A stretch of DNA of 64,000 nt, from NCBI GenBank assembly GCA_965261395.1, contig OZ253462.1, positions 4,224,001-4,288,000 of the forward strand. Direction: 5' to 3'. Below, one piece after another: positions 36,065-44,575 of this stretch. Source of the stretch: Candidatus Latescibacterota bacterium. Its GTDB lineage: Bacteria; Latescibacterota; UBA2968; UBA8231. The translations under genes and the position numbers were made by a program. Within the stretch, counting starts at the first letter, position 1; each line of letters begins with the position of its first letter. The notes beneath the pieces are model-generated. The model was not told where the DNA came from, did not search any database, and saw only the letters and a program-made list of their open reading frames with translations.

Positions 36065-36685
36065 TTGACCGCTATCAAAGCGACCAATATCGTCCGACAC
36101 GAGGGCCATGTCAGCCGCGAGAAACGCGAAAGCCTGTTGCACCAACAAGGGGTACTACTCTGGCTGACGGGCCTGCCAAGTTCGGGCAAAAGCACGATTG
36201 CTTATACTGTCGAACACGCCCTAGCCGCCCGCGGCCATTTGGCCTATGTGCTAGACGGCGACAACATCCGCTTCGGGCTCAATAAAAATTTAGGCTTTTC
36301 TGCTGACGATCGAGCGGAAAATATCCGTCGGATCGGCGAGGTAGGAAAGCTCTTTGTCGATGGGGGCTTTTTGACCCTCGCCAGCTTTGTCAGTCCCTAT
36401 CGATCCGACCGCGATGGAGTGCGGGCCCTTATGGCTGAGGGCGATTTCGTCGAAATTTTCATCAGCACCCCGGTTGAAGTATGCGCCGAGCGCGATCCCA
36501 AGGGCCTCTACAAAAAAGCACTAGCCGGTGAAATACCTAATTTTACCGGTGTTTCAGACCCTTATGAGGATCCAGAAAATCCCGAACTGGTCATCGAAAC
36601 TGACACATCAACGCCCTCGGAGGCGGCCGCGCAGATCATCGGTCTACTAGAGCAGATGGGCAAAATTCGACCCACACAGGCTTGA
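36065..36685 (+). CDS. cysC: Adenylyl-sulfate kinase
   Basis: WLTGLPSSGKST, LDGDNIR, RDPKGLYKKA, FTGVSDPYE. Confidence 0.96.
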   Translation: MTAIKATNIVRHEGHVSREKRESLLHQQGVLLWLTGLPSSGKSTIAYTVEHALAARGHLAYVLDGDNIRFGLNKNLGFSADDRAENIRRIGEVGKLFVDGGFLTLASFVSPYRSDRDGVRALMAEGDFVEIFISTPVEVCAERDPKGLYKKALAGEIPNFTGVSDPYEDPENPELVIETDTSTPSEAAAQIIGLLEQMGKIRPTQA

Positions 36686-36761
36686 ACAAACCTACCCAGC
36701 CTCTTCCTTCCGTCATACACCAGGGGATCGCCAAATCCCCTGTTTTACGTTTGCCAGCGCG

Positions 36762-37775
36762 ATGCATAAGATACTGAAACAAGCCCTCCAGTACGGGCTG
36801 AGCCTAGGCTTGATGGGGCTTTTTATCTATTGGGCCTTTGAGGGGATAAACCGGGGGGAACTCTGGGCTGCCATGACCGGCATTTCGCCGGTTTGGGCCG
36901 CTGTTATGTGCGTCGTAACGCTGGGGACCTTGGTATTGCGAGCTTGGCGCTGGCAAGTCCTCATGCGGCCCTTTGCGCCGCAAGTGAGCAACCTCAACGC
37001 GTCGCTCGCCTTGGCTATATGCTATGCGGCCAATGTGGTGGTGCCGCGTTCGGGCGAGGTGATGCGGTGCGTCAGCCTCAAGTGGACCGCTGGGGCGAGC
37101 ATCAGCGCCTTGATGGCTACGATAGTGGTGGAGCGCATTCTCGATCTGTTTTGGCTCATTGTCTTGTTCTGGCTCATCGTCTATATAGATATTGCCCTGC
37201 CCGTGCTTTGGATGCCGGTCGGCGCAGATCGGGATACCATTGGCCTGTTGGCCCTAGCCGGCTGCTTGATCGCGCTGGGTGCCTTGGTCTTGGTATCGGT
37301 TTATCGGGGGGAAATTTTAGCTGGAATGCGCGCGCTGCTCGCGCGGCTCGGTTGGGGGCGCGGCGAGCGGTCCCTCGAAATCCTCGAAACCTTCATCGGC
37401 GGGCTTTCCGCCCTGCGGCAACAGCCGACGGCGTACTTCGAAATCCTCGTCAGCTCGATCCTGCTCAACACGGCCTACGTGTTTATTGTTTACGCGGCTT
37501 TTATCGGTATGGGTTTGCACCAAACATACGACCTCGACGCAGCAGCGGCGCTGGTAATCATGGCCATATCGTCCATAGGAGTGATCATTCCGACGCCTGG
37601 GGCGATCGGCTCGTATCACCTCTTCTTCAGCGAGGCTCTACACCGCCTCTACACCGTGCCCCTCCCCACCGCTTTGGCCTGCGCCACCTTGACCCATGCT
37701 TTGGCGAACCTGACCTACGTCCTCCTCGGCGGCCCGACGCTGCTGTGGCAGTGGCATCGGAGCCGGCGGGGGTAG
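36762..37775 (+). CDS. Lysylphosphatidylglycerol synthase TM / flippase-like protein
   Basis: RAWRW, ANVVVPRSGE, ERILD, PTPGAIGSYH. Confidence 0.88.
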   Translation: MHKILKQALQYGLSLGLMGLFIYWAFEGINRGELWAAMTGISPVWAAVMCVVTLGTLVLRAWRWQVLMRPFAPQVSNLNASLALAICYAANVVVPRSGEVMRCVSLKWTAGASISALMATIVVERILDLFWLIVLFWLIVYIDIALPVLWMPVGADRDTIGLLALAGCLIALGALVLVSVYRGEILAGMRALLARLGWGRGERSLEILETFIGGLSALRQQPTAYFEILVSSILLNTAYVFIVYAAFIGMGLHQTYDLDAAAALVIMAISSIGVIIPTPGAIGSYHLFFSEALHRLYTVPLPTALACATLTHALANLTYVLLGGPTLLWQWHRSRRG

Positions 37776-37776
37776 T

Positions 37777-38619
37777 TCAGAAGATCCAAACGATTAGGAT
37801 CGATCCGCCCACGTAGCCGAAAGCCTCTATCAGCCCGGCCCCCACATTCGGCTGCTCCTCGACCTGTTCAGCACCCAAGCGCACACCGGGTGCCAAGAGC
37901 ACATCGGTCAACTTGTGGATGGCGTAGAGCGCCACAAAGCCAAAGACCACGTCCATGCCAAAAATTTTGAGGCTTTCGATCCACCCAGTGTAGTCGCCGG
38001 CCACGGCGATGCTGACGATGTTGCCCATACCCACCAGCACGCCGCCAAACGCCAAGCCGACCGCGGCATTGTCGCGCTCTAGTTCGCGGTGAACCGAATG
38101 TGGGGTAATCCACTCGTAGAGCAACCCGGCCACCACCAACACTACTTGGGCCAAAAGCCAGAAGGCCACGCCGCTCCACAGCGGCCCCTCGCCCTGCACG
38201 ATAGCCAGGATAATCAAGCCATTGGCGATGTGCATCCCCGCCTCGACAAAGGCCGTCCCCACATTCTGATCCTCGACGACCTCCTTGCGGTTGTCGAAGT
38301 GGGGCAGGAGCACCCGCTCGCAGAGCACGCCGGCGACGAGCATCAAGACAATCGCCAAGAGGCCGTACTGGGCAATGCCAATTAGGTCGGCTTGCCAGCC
38401 GAGCGAAGGACCGCTCAACGCCCCTCCCAACGCCAGACAGATCCCAAAGAAATAACCACCCACCGCAACAGCCATCGCGTGGTTGTTGCGGCCGTAGAGT
38501 TCGTCCTTGAGATTGACCCGGCGAAAAACCCGGGCATAGACCTGCTTGGCGATAAAGAGCAGGACGAAAGCCTCTAAGAGATAGACTAAGGTCTGGGCCA
38601 TATGCACTATATTGTCCAC
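37777..38619 (-). CDS. Tandem DUF350 (YjfL-like) membrane protein
   Basis: Repeated EL...N.A.[AG] motifs (ELYGRNNHAMA, EVVEDQNVGTA, ELERDNAAVG, EEQPNVGAG); GTG start after GGGGGA. Confidence 0.85.
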   Translation of the reverse strand: MDNIVHMAQTLVYLLEAFVLLFIAKQVYARVFRRVNLKDELYGRNNHAMAVAVGGYFFGICLALGGALSGPSLGWQADLIGIAQYGLLAIVLMLVAGVLCERVLLPHFDNRKEVVEDQNVGTAFVEAGMHIANGLIILAIVQGEGPLWSGVAFWLLAQVVLVVAGLLYEWITPHSVHRELERDNAAVGLAFGGVLVGMGNIVSIAVAGDYTGWIESLKIFGMDVVFGFVALYAIHKLTDVLLAPGVRLGAEQVEEQPNVGAGLIEAFGYVGGSILIVWIF

Positions 38620-38629
38620 TGCGTTCCCC

Positions 38630-39340
38630 CTATTTTCCGAAGCGCGAGGTACCGCGTCCCCAACCGGACGTGGTGCGCCCCATGCGGTTTTTGGCCTGAT
38701 TACTAAAGGCCTGACGGCGGCTTTGCTGACGCTGGTAGAATTGCGGTCGCGTCTTTTGAGTTTGCGAGCCGCGCGACCCAAAAGCAGTGCGCCCGCCTTG
38801 CACCGGCCCATAGTACGGGCGGCCCCCTGCCCGGTTGCGGCGGTAGCCCTCCCAATCGCCGCGCCCGACCCGCCAGCCCCCCCCCATTAAGTTGCTCATC
38901 AGCGCGTACTGGCCGTAGAATTGCCAAAACCCGCCCCCGCCCCAAGACCCGTACTGGGGATTGCCGACGTATTGATAGCCGGGTGGGTGCGCTTGGTTAG
39001 TGCCGGTGCGACGGCCGTCTAGCGACTTGGAGGCCACGACCATGCCGACGTAGTTCTCATAGCGGTAGAAGGTCTTTTCGCCGACTTCCATCCAATCGGT
39101 GCGGCGCTCCTGATAGACCATGGTATCGCGCCCGGCGACGCGCTGTCCCGAAGCGGTCAACACCTGAAAGCGGAGGGCGTAATCGGGGAAAAACGAGTGA
39201 TCTTCGATGCGGGTATCGTCGACGATCAGGGAATACTCGGGGTAGCGATCAAGGTTGCGCACCAGCTCCTTCACCGGGTCTTTGGAACCCCCACAGGCCG
39301 CGAGTGCGAATAGGAGCAGTGAGGCCATACGCCGAAGCAT
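38630..39340 (-). CDS. Lipoprotein with Gly/Arg/aromatic-rich C-terminal tail
   Basis: Lipobox LAAC; PPGYQYVGNPQYGSW..FWQFYGQYALM; RG-rich tail. Confidence 0.8.
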   Translation of the reverse strand: MLRRMASLLLFALAACGGSKDPVKELVRNLDRYPEYSLIVDDTRIEDHSFFPDYALRFQVLTASGQRVAGRDTMVYQERRTDWMEVGEKTFYRYENYVGMVVASKSLDGRRTGTNQAHPPGYQYVGNPQYGSWGGGGFWQFYGQYALMSNLMGGGWRVGRGDWEGYRRNRAGGRPYYGPVQGGRTAFGSRGSQTQKTRPQFYQRQQSRRQAFSNQAKNRMGRTTSGWGRGTSRFGK

Positions 39341-39341
39341 T

Positions 39342-39890
39342 TTAGGTTCCCTCCTCCACCGGCAGGATGTCGGTGAATTGGTATTCTTCTACCTCCAAGC
39401 CCGCGTACGCGGCAAAGTCGCGCTCGCCCCACTGGCTGATGAAGAGCACTTTGCCTTCTGCTGCTTTGAACGACCAATTGACAAATTCGCGTTCCGCATC
39501 GGTGCCGTCTTTGCGGTACAGGCCCGCTTCGCTCGTGCTCCCCATGTACTCATCGCCCGCAAACTGCACCACTTCAGGCGGGTCGCCGTCGGCGACAATC
39601 GCCGCCGCAACATCGCCGTCGATCTCGTCGATGCCAATCGCCCGCGTCAAGGTCCAATAGGCTTGGCCATCCTCGACCGCGCGCTCGAGAAAATTCACCT
39701 CTTCATCGGCTCGCAACTCCCACTCCTCGGTCACATAGCCGTCGTAATCATAGGTCCCATAGCCCGTGACTTGCCAGGTTTTGAGATCGTAATCGACCAA
39801 AAACCCCACTTTCATGGTGCTAAGCGAGTACTCTTGATAGGTCGGTTCTTCCTCGTCTCGGCGGCCACCGAACCACTTTTTAAACCCCAT
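39342..39890 (-). CDS. DUF4178-like protein
   Basis: GFLVDYDLKTWQV, EWEL, SQWGERDF; operon context. Confidence 0.75.
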   Translation of the reverse strand: MGFKKWFGGRRDEEEPTYQEYSLSTMKVGFLVDYDLKTWQVTGYGTYDYDGYVTEEWELRADEEVNFLERAVEDGQAYWTLTRAIGIDEIDGDVAAAIVADGDPPEVVQFAGDEYMGSTSEAGLYRKDGTDAEREFVNWSFKAAEGKVLFISQWGERDFAAYAGLEVEEYQFTDILPVEEGT

Positions 39891-39902
39891 TTCGTCTTCC
39901 TT

Positions 39903-41423
39903 TCAAAACTGAGTACTCCAACCCCGTCGATAATAACGCGCCAGCACCGGCCTATCAAGTCGGTTGGCCTGCACGGGCAAGCGGGCCATATCGCCGTCGA
40001 AGACCGCGAGGGCACCCCAGACTTGTTGGTCAATATAGCGCGTGGGGACCGCGAAGGCGACAGCCGTCGGATCCAGCCCGGCGGATCCCGCCAAGTGGAA
40101 CCCCCACTCGCCAAAAGAGGGCACGTGCAAGTGATAGGAGTGGACGGCAAAGCCCGCTTCCTCCAAGGCGGCGGCAATGCTCCAGTACGCCTCGCGGACG
40201 TGGTACGGGCTGGAAGCCTGGGTCGCCAAGACGCCTTGTGGGCTGAGCAACTTGCGACACAGCCGATAGGCTTCGACCGAATAGAGCTTGGCCAAGCTCT
40301 CCTCACGGGGGTCGGGTAGGTCGATTAGTATCGCGCCATACGGCACGTGCTCGCGCTGCAAAAAGACAAAGCCATCTTCGTTGACCACGCGCACTCGGCG
40401 ACGATTTAAGGCATTGTCGTTGAGCTGGGTCAGGTAGATGTTGCGCTGGGCCAACCGGGTCACTGCTGGGTCGAGATCGACTAAATCGACGTGCTGGACC
40501 CCCTCGTATTTGAGCACTTCCCGCGCCGTCAGGCCGTCCCCTCCTCCGATGATGAGCACCCTTTCGCGGGAGGGGGCCAGCGCCATAGCTGGATGGACTA
40601 GCGCCTCGTGGTAACGATGCTCGTCAATGGAGGCGAATTGTAAATGCCCGTTGAGATAGAGCCGCAGGTGTTCGTCGCGCTGGGTCAGGACGATTTGCTG
40701 GTAGGCCGATTGCTCGCTGTGGACGATGCGGTCTTCGTACAGGTCGCTTTCCCACCGCGCCCGCAGTTCCTCCCCCTGCCAAGCCAGCACCCCTAGCGCC
40801 GCAACAACTACAATCGCTTGCGCCCCTAGCGAGCGGAAGGCACGCTGCTCTAACAACGTCCCCTTAAACGCAAGCACCACGCCGAGACCGATGCCGGCGT
40901 TGACCAAGCCGGCGACCAACGCCGTATGCAGGCTACCGAGGAAGGGCAACAGGATGTACGGGAAGAGCAACGAGGCCAGCAAGGCCCCCAGATAATCGAG
41001 GGACAAAACATTAGATAACGCCGCGCGTAGCGTACCGTGACCGCGCAAAAGCCGGGTGATCAGCGGCACTTCCAAGCCGATCAACACGCCAATCGACGTG
41101 CTCAAAGCCAACATGCCGACCCTAAAGTGGTCGGTGTATCCGTAGAGCACGTAGAGCACGCCAACCGAAACCCCACCCAAAAGCCCCAGCCAAATCTCTA
41201 GCTGGGCTAGCCTCGTCAACAGCAAGTGGTCGGCGACAAAGCGCGAAAGCCAAGAGCCAAGCCCCATCGCGGCGAGGAAAAAGCCGATCGTCAGAGAAAA
41301 CTGTTCGACGCTATTGCCGAGGAAATAGGACGACACGCTGCCGATGAGTAGCTGATAGACGATGGCGCAGACTGCGGCTGAGAAAATGGCCACCAGCAAC
41401 AGCAGCGGACCCAGCCTAGGCAT
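39903..41423 (-). CDS. speE: Membrane-anchored polyamine aminopropyltransferase (spermidine synthase family)
   Basis: About 7 N-terminal TM helices; LNGHLQF...DE..YHE, LIIGGGDG, VDLDP, IDLPDP. Confidence 0.92.
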   Translation of the reverse strand: MPRLGPLLLLVAIFSAAVCAIVYQLLIGSVSSYFLGNSVEQFSLTIGFFLAAMGLGSWLSRFVADHLLLTRLAQLEIWLGLLGGVSVGVLYVLYGYTDHFRVGMLALSTSIGVLIGLEVPLITRLLRGHGTLRAALSNVLSLDYLGALLASLLFPYILLPFLGSLHTALVAGLVNAGIGLGVVLAFKGTLLEQRAFRSLGAQAIVVVAALGVLAWQGEELRARWESDLYEDRIVHSEQSAYQQIVLTQRDEHLRLYLNGHLQFASIDEHRYHEALVHPAMALAPSRERVLIIGGGDGLTAREVLKYEGVQHVDLVDLDPAVTRLAQRNIYLTQLNDNALNRRRVRVVNEDGFVFLQREHVPYGAILIDLPDPREESLAKLYSVEAYRLCRKLLSPQGVLATQASSPYHVREAYWSIAAALEEAGFAVHSYHLHVPSFGEWGFHLAGSAGLDPTAVAFAVPTRYIDQQVWGALAVFDGDMARLPVQANRLDRPVLARYYRRGWSTQF

Positions 41424-43080
41424 CCTCAAGCCCTCCCAGTGAGGAGGAATACGCCACGCCGAGGCGGTCCATAGCTCGCTCCGCCGCCAGAATACCGGAA
41501 AATATCGCTTCTTCGCACAGGGGCAGCCCACTCGCATCGCACGAAGCAAAAAATATCCGCTCCATAGGCTGCTGCCGCCAACTGGCCGTCGGCCCCCACA
41601 GCGACCCAGGACTGGGCCGCATCATCCCGTGCCCCCAGCGGTACAGATCGATGCGCTCTACGAGGTCGTCCAACTCCGGGTGGACTCGGCGCAGGTCGGC
41701 CATGATCTGTTCGGTCCAAAATGAATGGTCCTGCGTGAGCAAGGTGTGCCGGGCGTCCTCAAGTTGGTCGACAAAGGGCCAATAGTACAGCAATACGCGG
41801 CCTCCCCCACCCTGTTGGTGATCGGCGACCACATAGCCCAGCGACGGGCTGTCGTACAAGACATTGTCCCAAGTAGTCTGCTGAGCAGCGAGCGGCTCTT
41901 TGAGAAAAATCGCCGCCACCAACCAAGGGCTATACTCGATGGCCGCCATAGCCTTGGCCTGTGCATCCGGCAGGCCCGCAATCGCGTAGGGAGCCGTGTG
42001 GAGCTTGCCGGCGTACACCACTGCCCGGGCGGTCAGTTGCCGTTTTTTCCCGGTGGCCAAGTCGATGTACCCCAACCGCACCTGCGACCGCTCCTCGGCT
42101 AGACGAGCCACTAGAGCTTGTCGCTTTATCTCGTTCTTCCCCAACCTATTAGCGAGTTCCGCAACTAGGTGTCCATTGCCCTCGGGCCACGTCAGCGTGT
42201 GGGCTGGATACGCCTCCTCGATCCGGTAGTCGTAGAACCTACAGGCATAGTAGTGAATCCCGGCCCAAGCCGAGACTTGGGCTGCCGTGCTGCCGTAGTC
42301 GTCGCGGCAGGCGTAATCGACCAGCCAGCGGAGCCGCTCGTCGTGCCATCCCTCTTCGCGGAGGTACTGGGCCATACTGATCTGGTCCAAACGCCGCACC
42401 CGGACATCGGCCGTGCTGTAGCGCAAAGGCATGGCAAAGGCCCGGCGACCATCGCGGCCGCGATGCAAGGCCCAGCCGAGCATCGCGTCTTCAAAGCGCA
42501 ACAACGCTTCGCGCTCTCGGCCCGATGCGTCGACAAACGGGTCCAGTCCGGCGACCCAGCGACCCCGGTAGAAGAGCCGCTCGTGTGGCCAGCGCAGCAT
42601 GGCCCCAGCGGCGACCAGCGGCTTATTCGCTGCGTCGTAGCCGTCAATGACGCCGATATCTTGCAGTATTTCGTGGATGCAGTCGGCTTCGGCAGGAGGG
42701 ATGTTGATGTAGTGAGCACCCCAGGGAAATACCTGGTCGCCCCATTGGCCACTGCGACTGGTGCCCCCTAGCTGGTCTTCGAGGTCGAGGAGGACGATTC
42801 GCTCCACCCCCGACCGACGCAACTTCCACGCCGCCGCCAAGCCGGATATCCCACCGCCGACAATGGCGATATCGCACGCGTGCTCAGCCGCGGCAAAGTC
42901 TGCCCAAGAATGCACATCGCGCAGCAGGTGCCCACGCGGTGGTCCCTCGTTGACGATCCGCCCGGGGATCGGCCGCCGCTGCTGGTCGGACGAGCAACCG
43001 CTCCAGGCGGCCCAGCCACCACCGGCGGCGAGTGCGCCGAAAAATTGCCTGCGGCTAAGGGCCTTCATCCCATCGGCCAC
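41416..43080 (-). CDS. Tat-exported FAD-dependent amine oxidase-like protein
   Basis: SRRQFF twin-arginine signal, WSGC possible lipobox, IVGGGISGL, GGTS, PWGAHY, RWGHGM. Confidence 0.85.
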   Translation of the reverse strand: MADGMKALSRRQFFGALAAGGGWAAWSGCSSDQQRRPIPGRIVNEGPPRGHLLRDVHSWADFAAAEHACDIAIVGGGISGLAAAWKLRRSGVERIVLLDLEDQLGGTSRSGQWGDQVFPWGAHYINIPPAEADCIHEILQDIGVIDGYDAANKPLVAAGAMLRWPHERLFYRGRWVAGLDPFVDASGREREALLRFEDAMLGWALHRGRDGRRAFAMPLRYSTADVRVRRLDQISMAQYLREEGWHDERLRWLVDYACRDDYGSTAAQVSAWAGIHYYACRFYDYRIEEAYPAHTLTWPEGNGHLVAELANRLGKNEIKRQALVARLAEERSQVRLGYIDLATGKKRQLTARAVVYAGKLHTAPYAIAGLPDAQAKAMAAIEYSPWLVAAIFLKEPLAAQQTTWDNVLYDSPSLGYVVADHQQGGGGRVLLYYWPFVDQLEDARHTLLTQDHSFWTEQIMADLRRVHPELDDLVERIDLYRWGHGMMRPSPGSLWGPTASWRQQPMERIFFASCDASGLPLCEEAIFSGILAAERAMDRLGVAYSSSLGGLEDA

Positions 43081-43091
43081 CGACGGTAGCC

Positions 43092-43802
43092 CTATTTTGC
43101 CACCTTCATTCTGGCCTTGAGCTGGGCCAGCGAATCATCGACCTTGACTCCCTTGCTGTCGGCGAGGGCCTTGTCGATCTCGTCGTCAACGGCCGTCGCA
43201 GCGTCTCCCATATCGCCGTAGGCCTCGGCGAGGGCTTCCTGCTCCTCGGCCTTTTCCTTCATCCGTTCGAGCAGGGCCGTGGTGCCCTTTGAGTCGATGT
43301 TGGCCAAGTGCTGGTTGATCTTGCGAGTGGCATTGGCGGTTTTGGTGCGCGCCTTGAGAGTTACCAGATCGTTTTCGTACGAGGCGATTTTCGACTTCAG
43401 GTCGTTGACATTGCTCTGTAGCTTGGTGGCCATCGCCTGTTGGGCTTGGGCCTGTTGGGAAGTTTCTGCGTGCCGACTCTGGGCCTCCTCGACTCGAGCC
43501 AGGGATTCGCGCGCCAAGCGGTCAGCTTCGGCTTCCTCCATCTGGCCGGACTCGGCCTTTTGCAACAGCAGCATGGCCTTGCGCTCGTAGTCTTCGGCGC
43601 GCCGCCGGTGGTCTTCGGACTCGCGGCTGAGCCTTATGGAGATCGCCTTGACCTCGGCGAGGGCCTTGAGGCTCTCCTGCAAGTCATTTTTTAAGTCGCG
43701 GACCGCTTGCTCACTCATCTTGATTGGATCTTCGAGCTTATCCACTATGGAGTGGGCCTCGGCCTGCCCAGTTTTAAACAAGCGTTGAAATATACCTGCC
43801 AT
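43092..43802 (-). CDS. PspA/IM30 (ESCRT-III-like) protein
   Basis: IFQRL, LEDPIKMSEQAVRDL, LKAR, ERMKEK, DDEID, LAQLKARM. Confidence 0.93.
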   Translation of the reverse strand: MAGIFQRLFKTGQAEAHSIVDKLEDPIKMSEQAVRDLKNDLQESLKALAEVKAISIRLSRESEDHRRRAEDYERKAMLLLQKAESGQMEEAEADRLARESLARVEEAQSRHAETSQQAQAQQAMATKLQSNVNDLKSKIASYENDLVTLKARTKTANATRKINQHLANIDSKGTTALLERMKEKAEEQEALAEAYGDMGDAATAVDDEIDKALADSKGVKVDDSLAQLKARMKVAK

Positions 43803-43805
43803 GTC

Positions 43806-44207
43806 TTATCCTCCCTCTTTGGCGGCAAACCCCAGTAATTCCTCCCCATGCTCGACTAAGCCGAGACCGAGGGAGTTGATCGTGCTTTCCAGTTCGTTTA
43901 AGTCCAAATTCTCCAGCGCCAGCGTATTGCGATAGAGCAGCGAATCGCCTTCCTCATTAAGGACGAAGGCACCAAAGACCAAGTCGCGGTTCATCTGTAA
44001 AATCCGCTTATACGTCTCGGCGGCTCCAGCGGCGACCTTGATGATAAGCTGCTCGATCACCAACACCGTATCCTCGCAATCAACGACCAAGTTTTGCACC
44101 CCCCGCTCCTCGTCGTTGATAATAATGATTTCCTCTTCGGGAATCTCCTCGGCGATGGCAAAGCCCAGCTCGAGGACGTATTCCTTTACTGTGGTAAAAT
44201 CAGCCAT
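43806..44207 (-). CDS. YbjN/CesT-like chaperone-fold protein
   Basis: LVVDCED..LVIEQ, LQMNRDLVFGAFVL, LENLDLNELE; directly upstream of pspA-like gene. Confidence 0.75.
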   Translation of the reverse strand: MADFTTVKEYVLELGFAIAEEIPEEEIIIINDEERGVQNLVVDCEDTVLVIEQLIIKVAAGAAETYKRILQMNRDLVFGAFVLNEEGDSLLYRNTLALENLDLNELESTINSLGLGLVEHGEELLGFAAKEGG

Positions 44208-44227
44208 AAGCTTCCTCCAATGCTAGT

Positions 44228-44533
44228 TTAATGGGTCGTCAGGAACTTCTCCAGCTCTTTATAGGCATGCGTCAACTGGGCGCACAACGCGTTGGCAACC
44301 TCGCGCTTGGCCGGATCCTGTGCGTGGCGGTCGGGGTGGTACTGCTTCATCAACCGCTTCCACGCCGCCTTCACCTCCTCCATATTCGCTCCATAGGGGA
44401 GCTCCAGATTGGCGTAATATCCAGCGAGGACCGGGTCTTCGGCAGGGGCAGGGGCTGGCGGCGGGGGCTGCCAATGCTCGTAGGCCGCAGTATGCGCCCG
44501 CACGACGCGGAATATGCGCGCAAACAAATCCAT
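44228..44533 (-). CDS. Small J-domain protein
   Basis: YYANLEL..EEVKAAWKRLMKQYHPD. Confidence 0.88.
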   Translation of the reverse strand: MDLFARIFRVVRAHTAAYEHWQPPPPAPAPAEDPVLAGYYANLELPYGANMEEVKAAWKRLMKQYHPDRHAQDPAKREVANALCAQLTHAYKELEKFLTTH

Positions 44534-44575
44534 AAATGGCGAAAATACAAGGGATAGTGGACCTTGTCCACCCCC

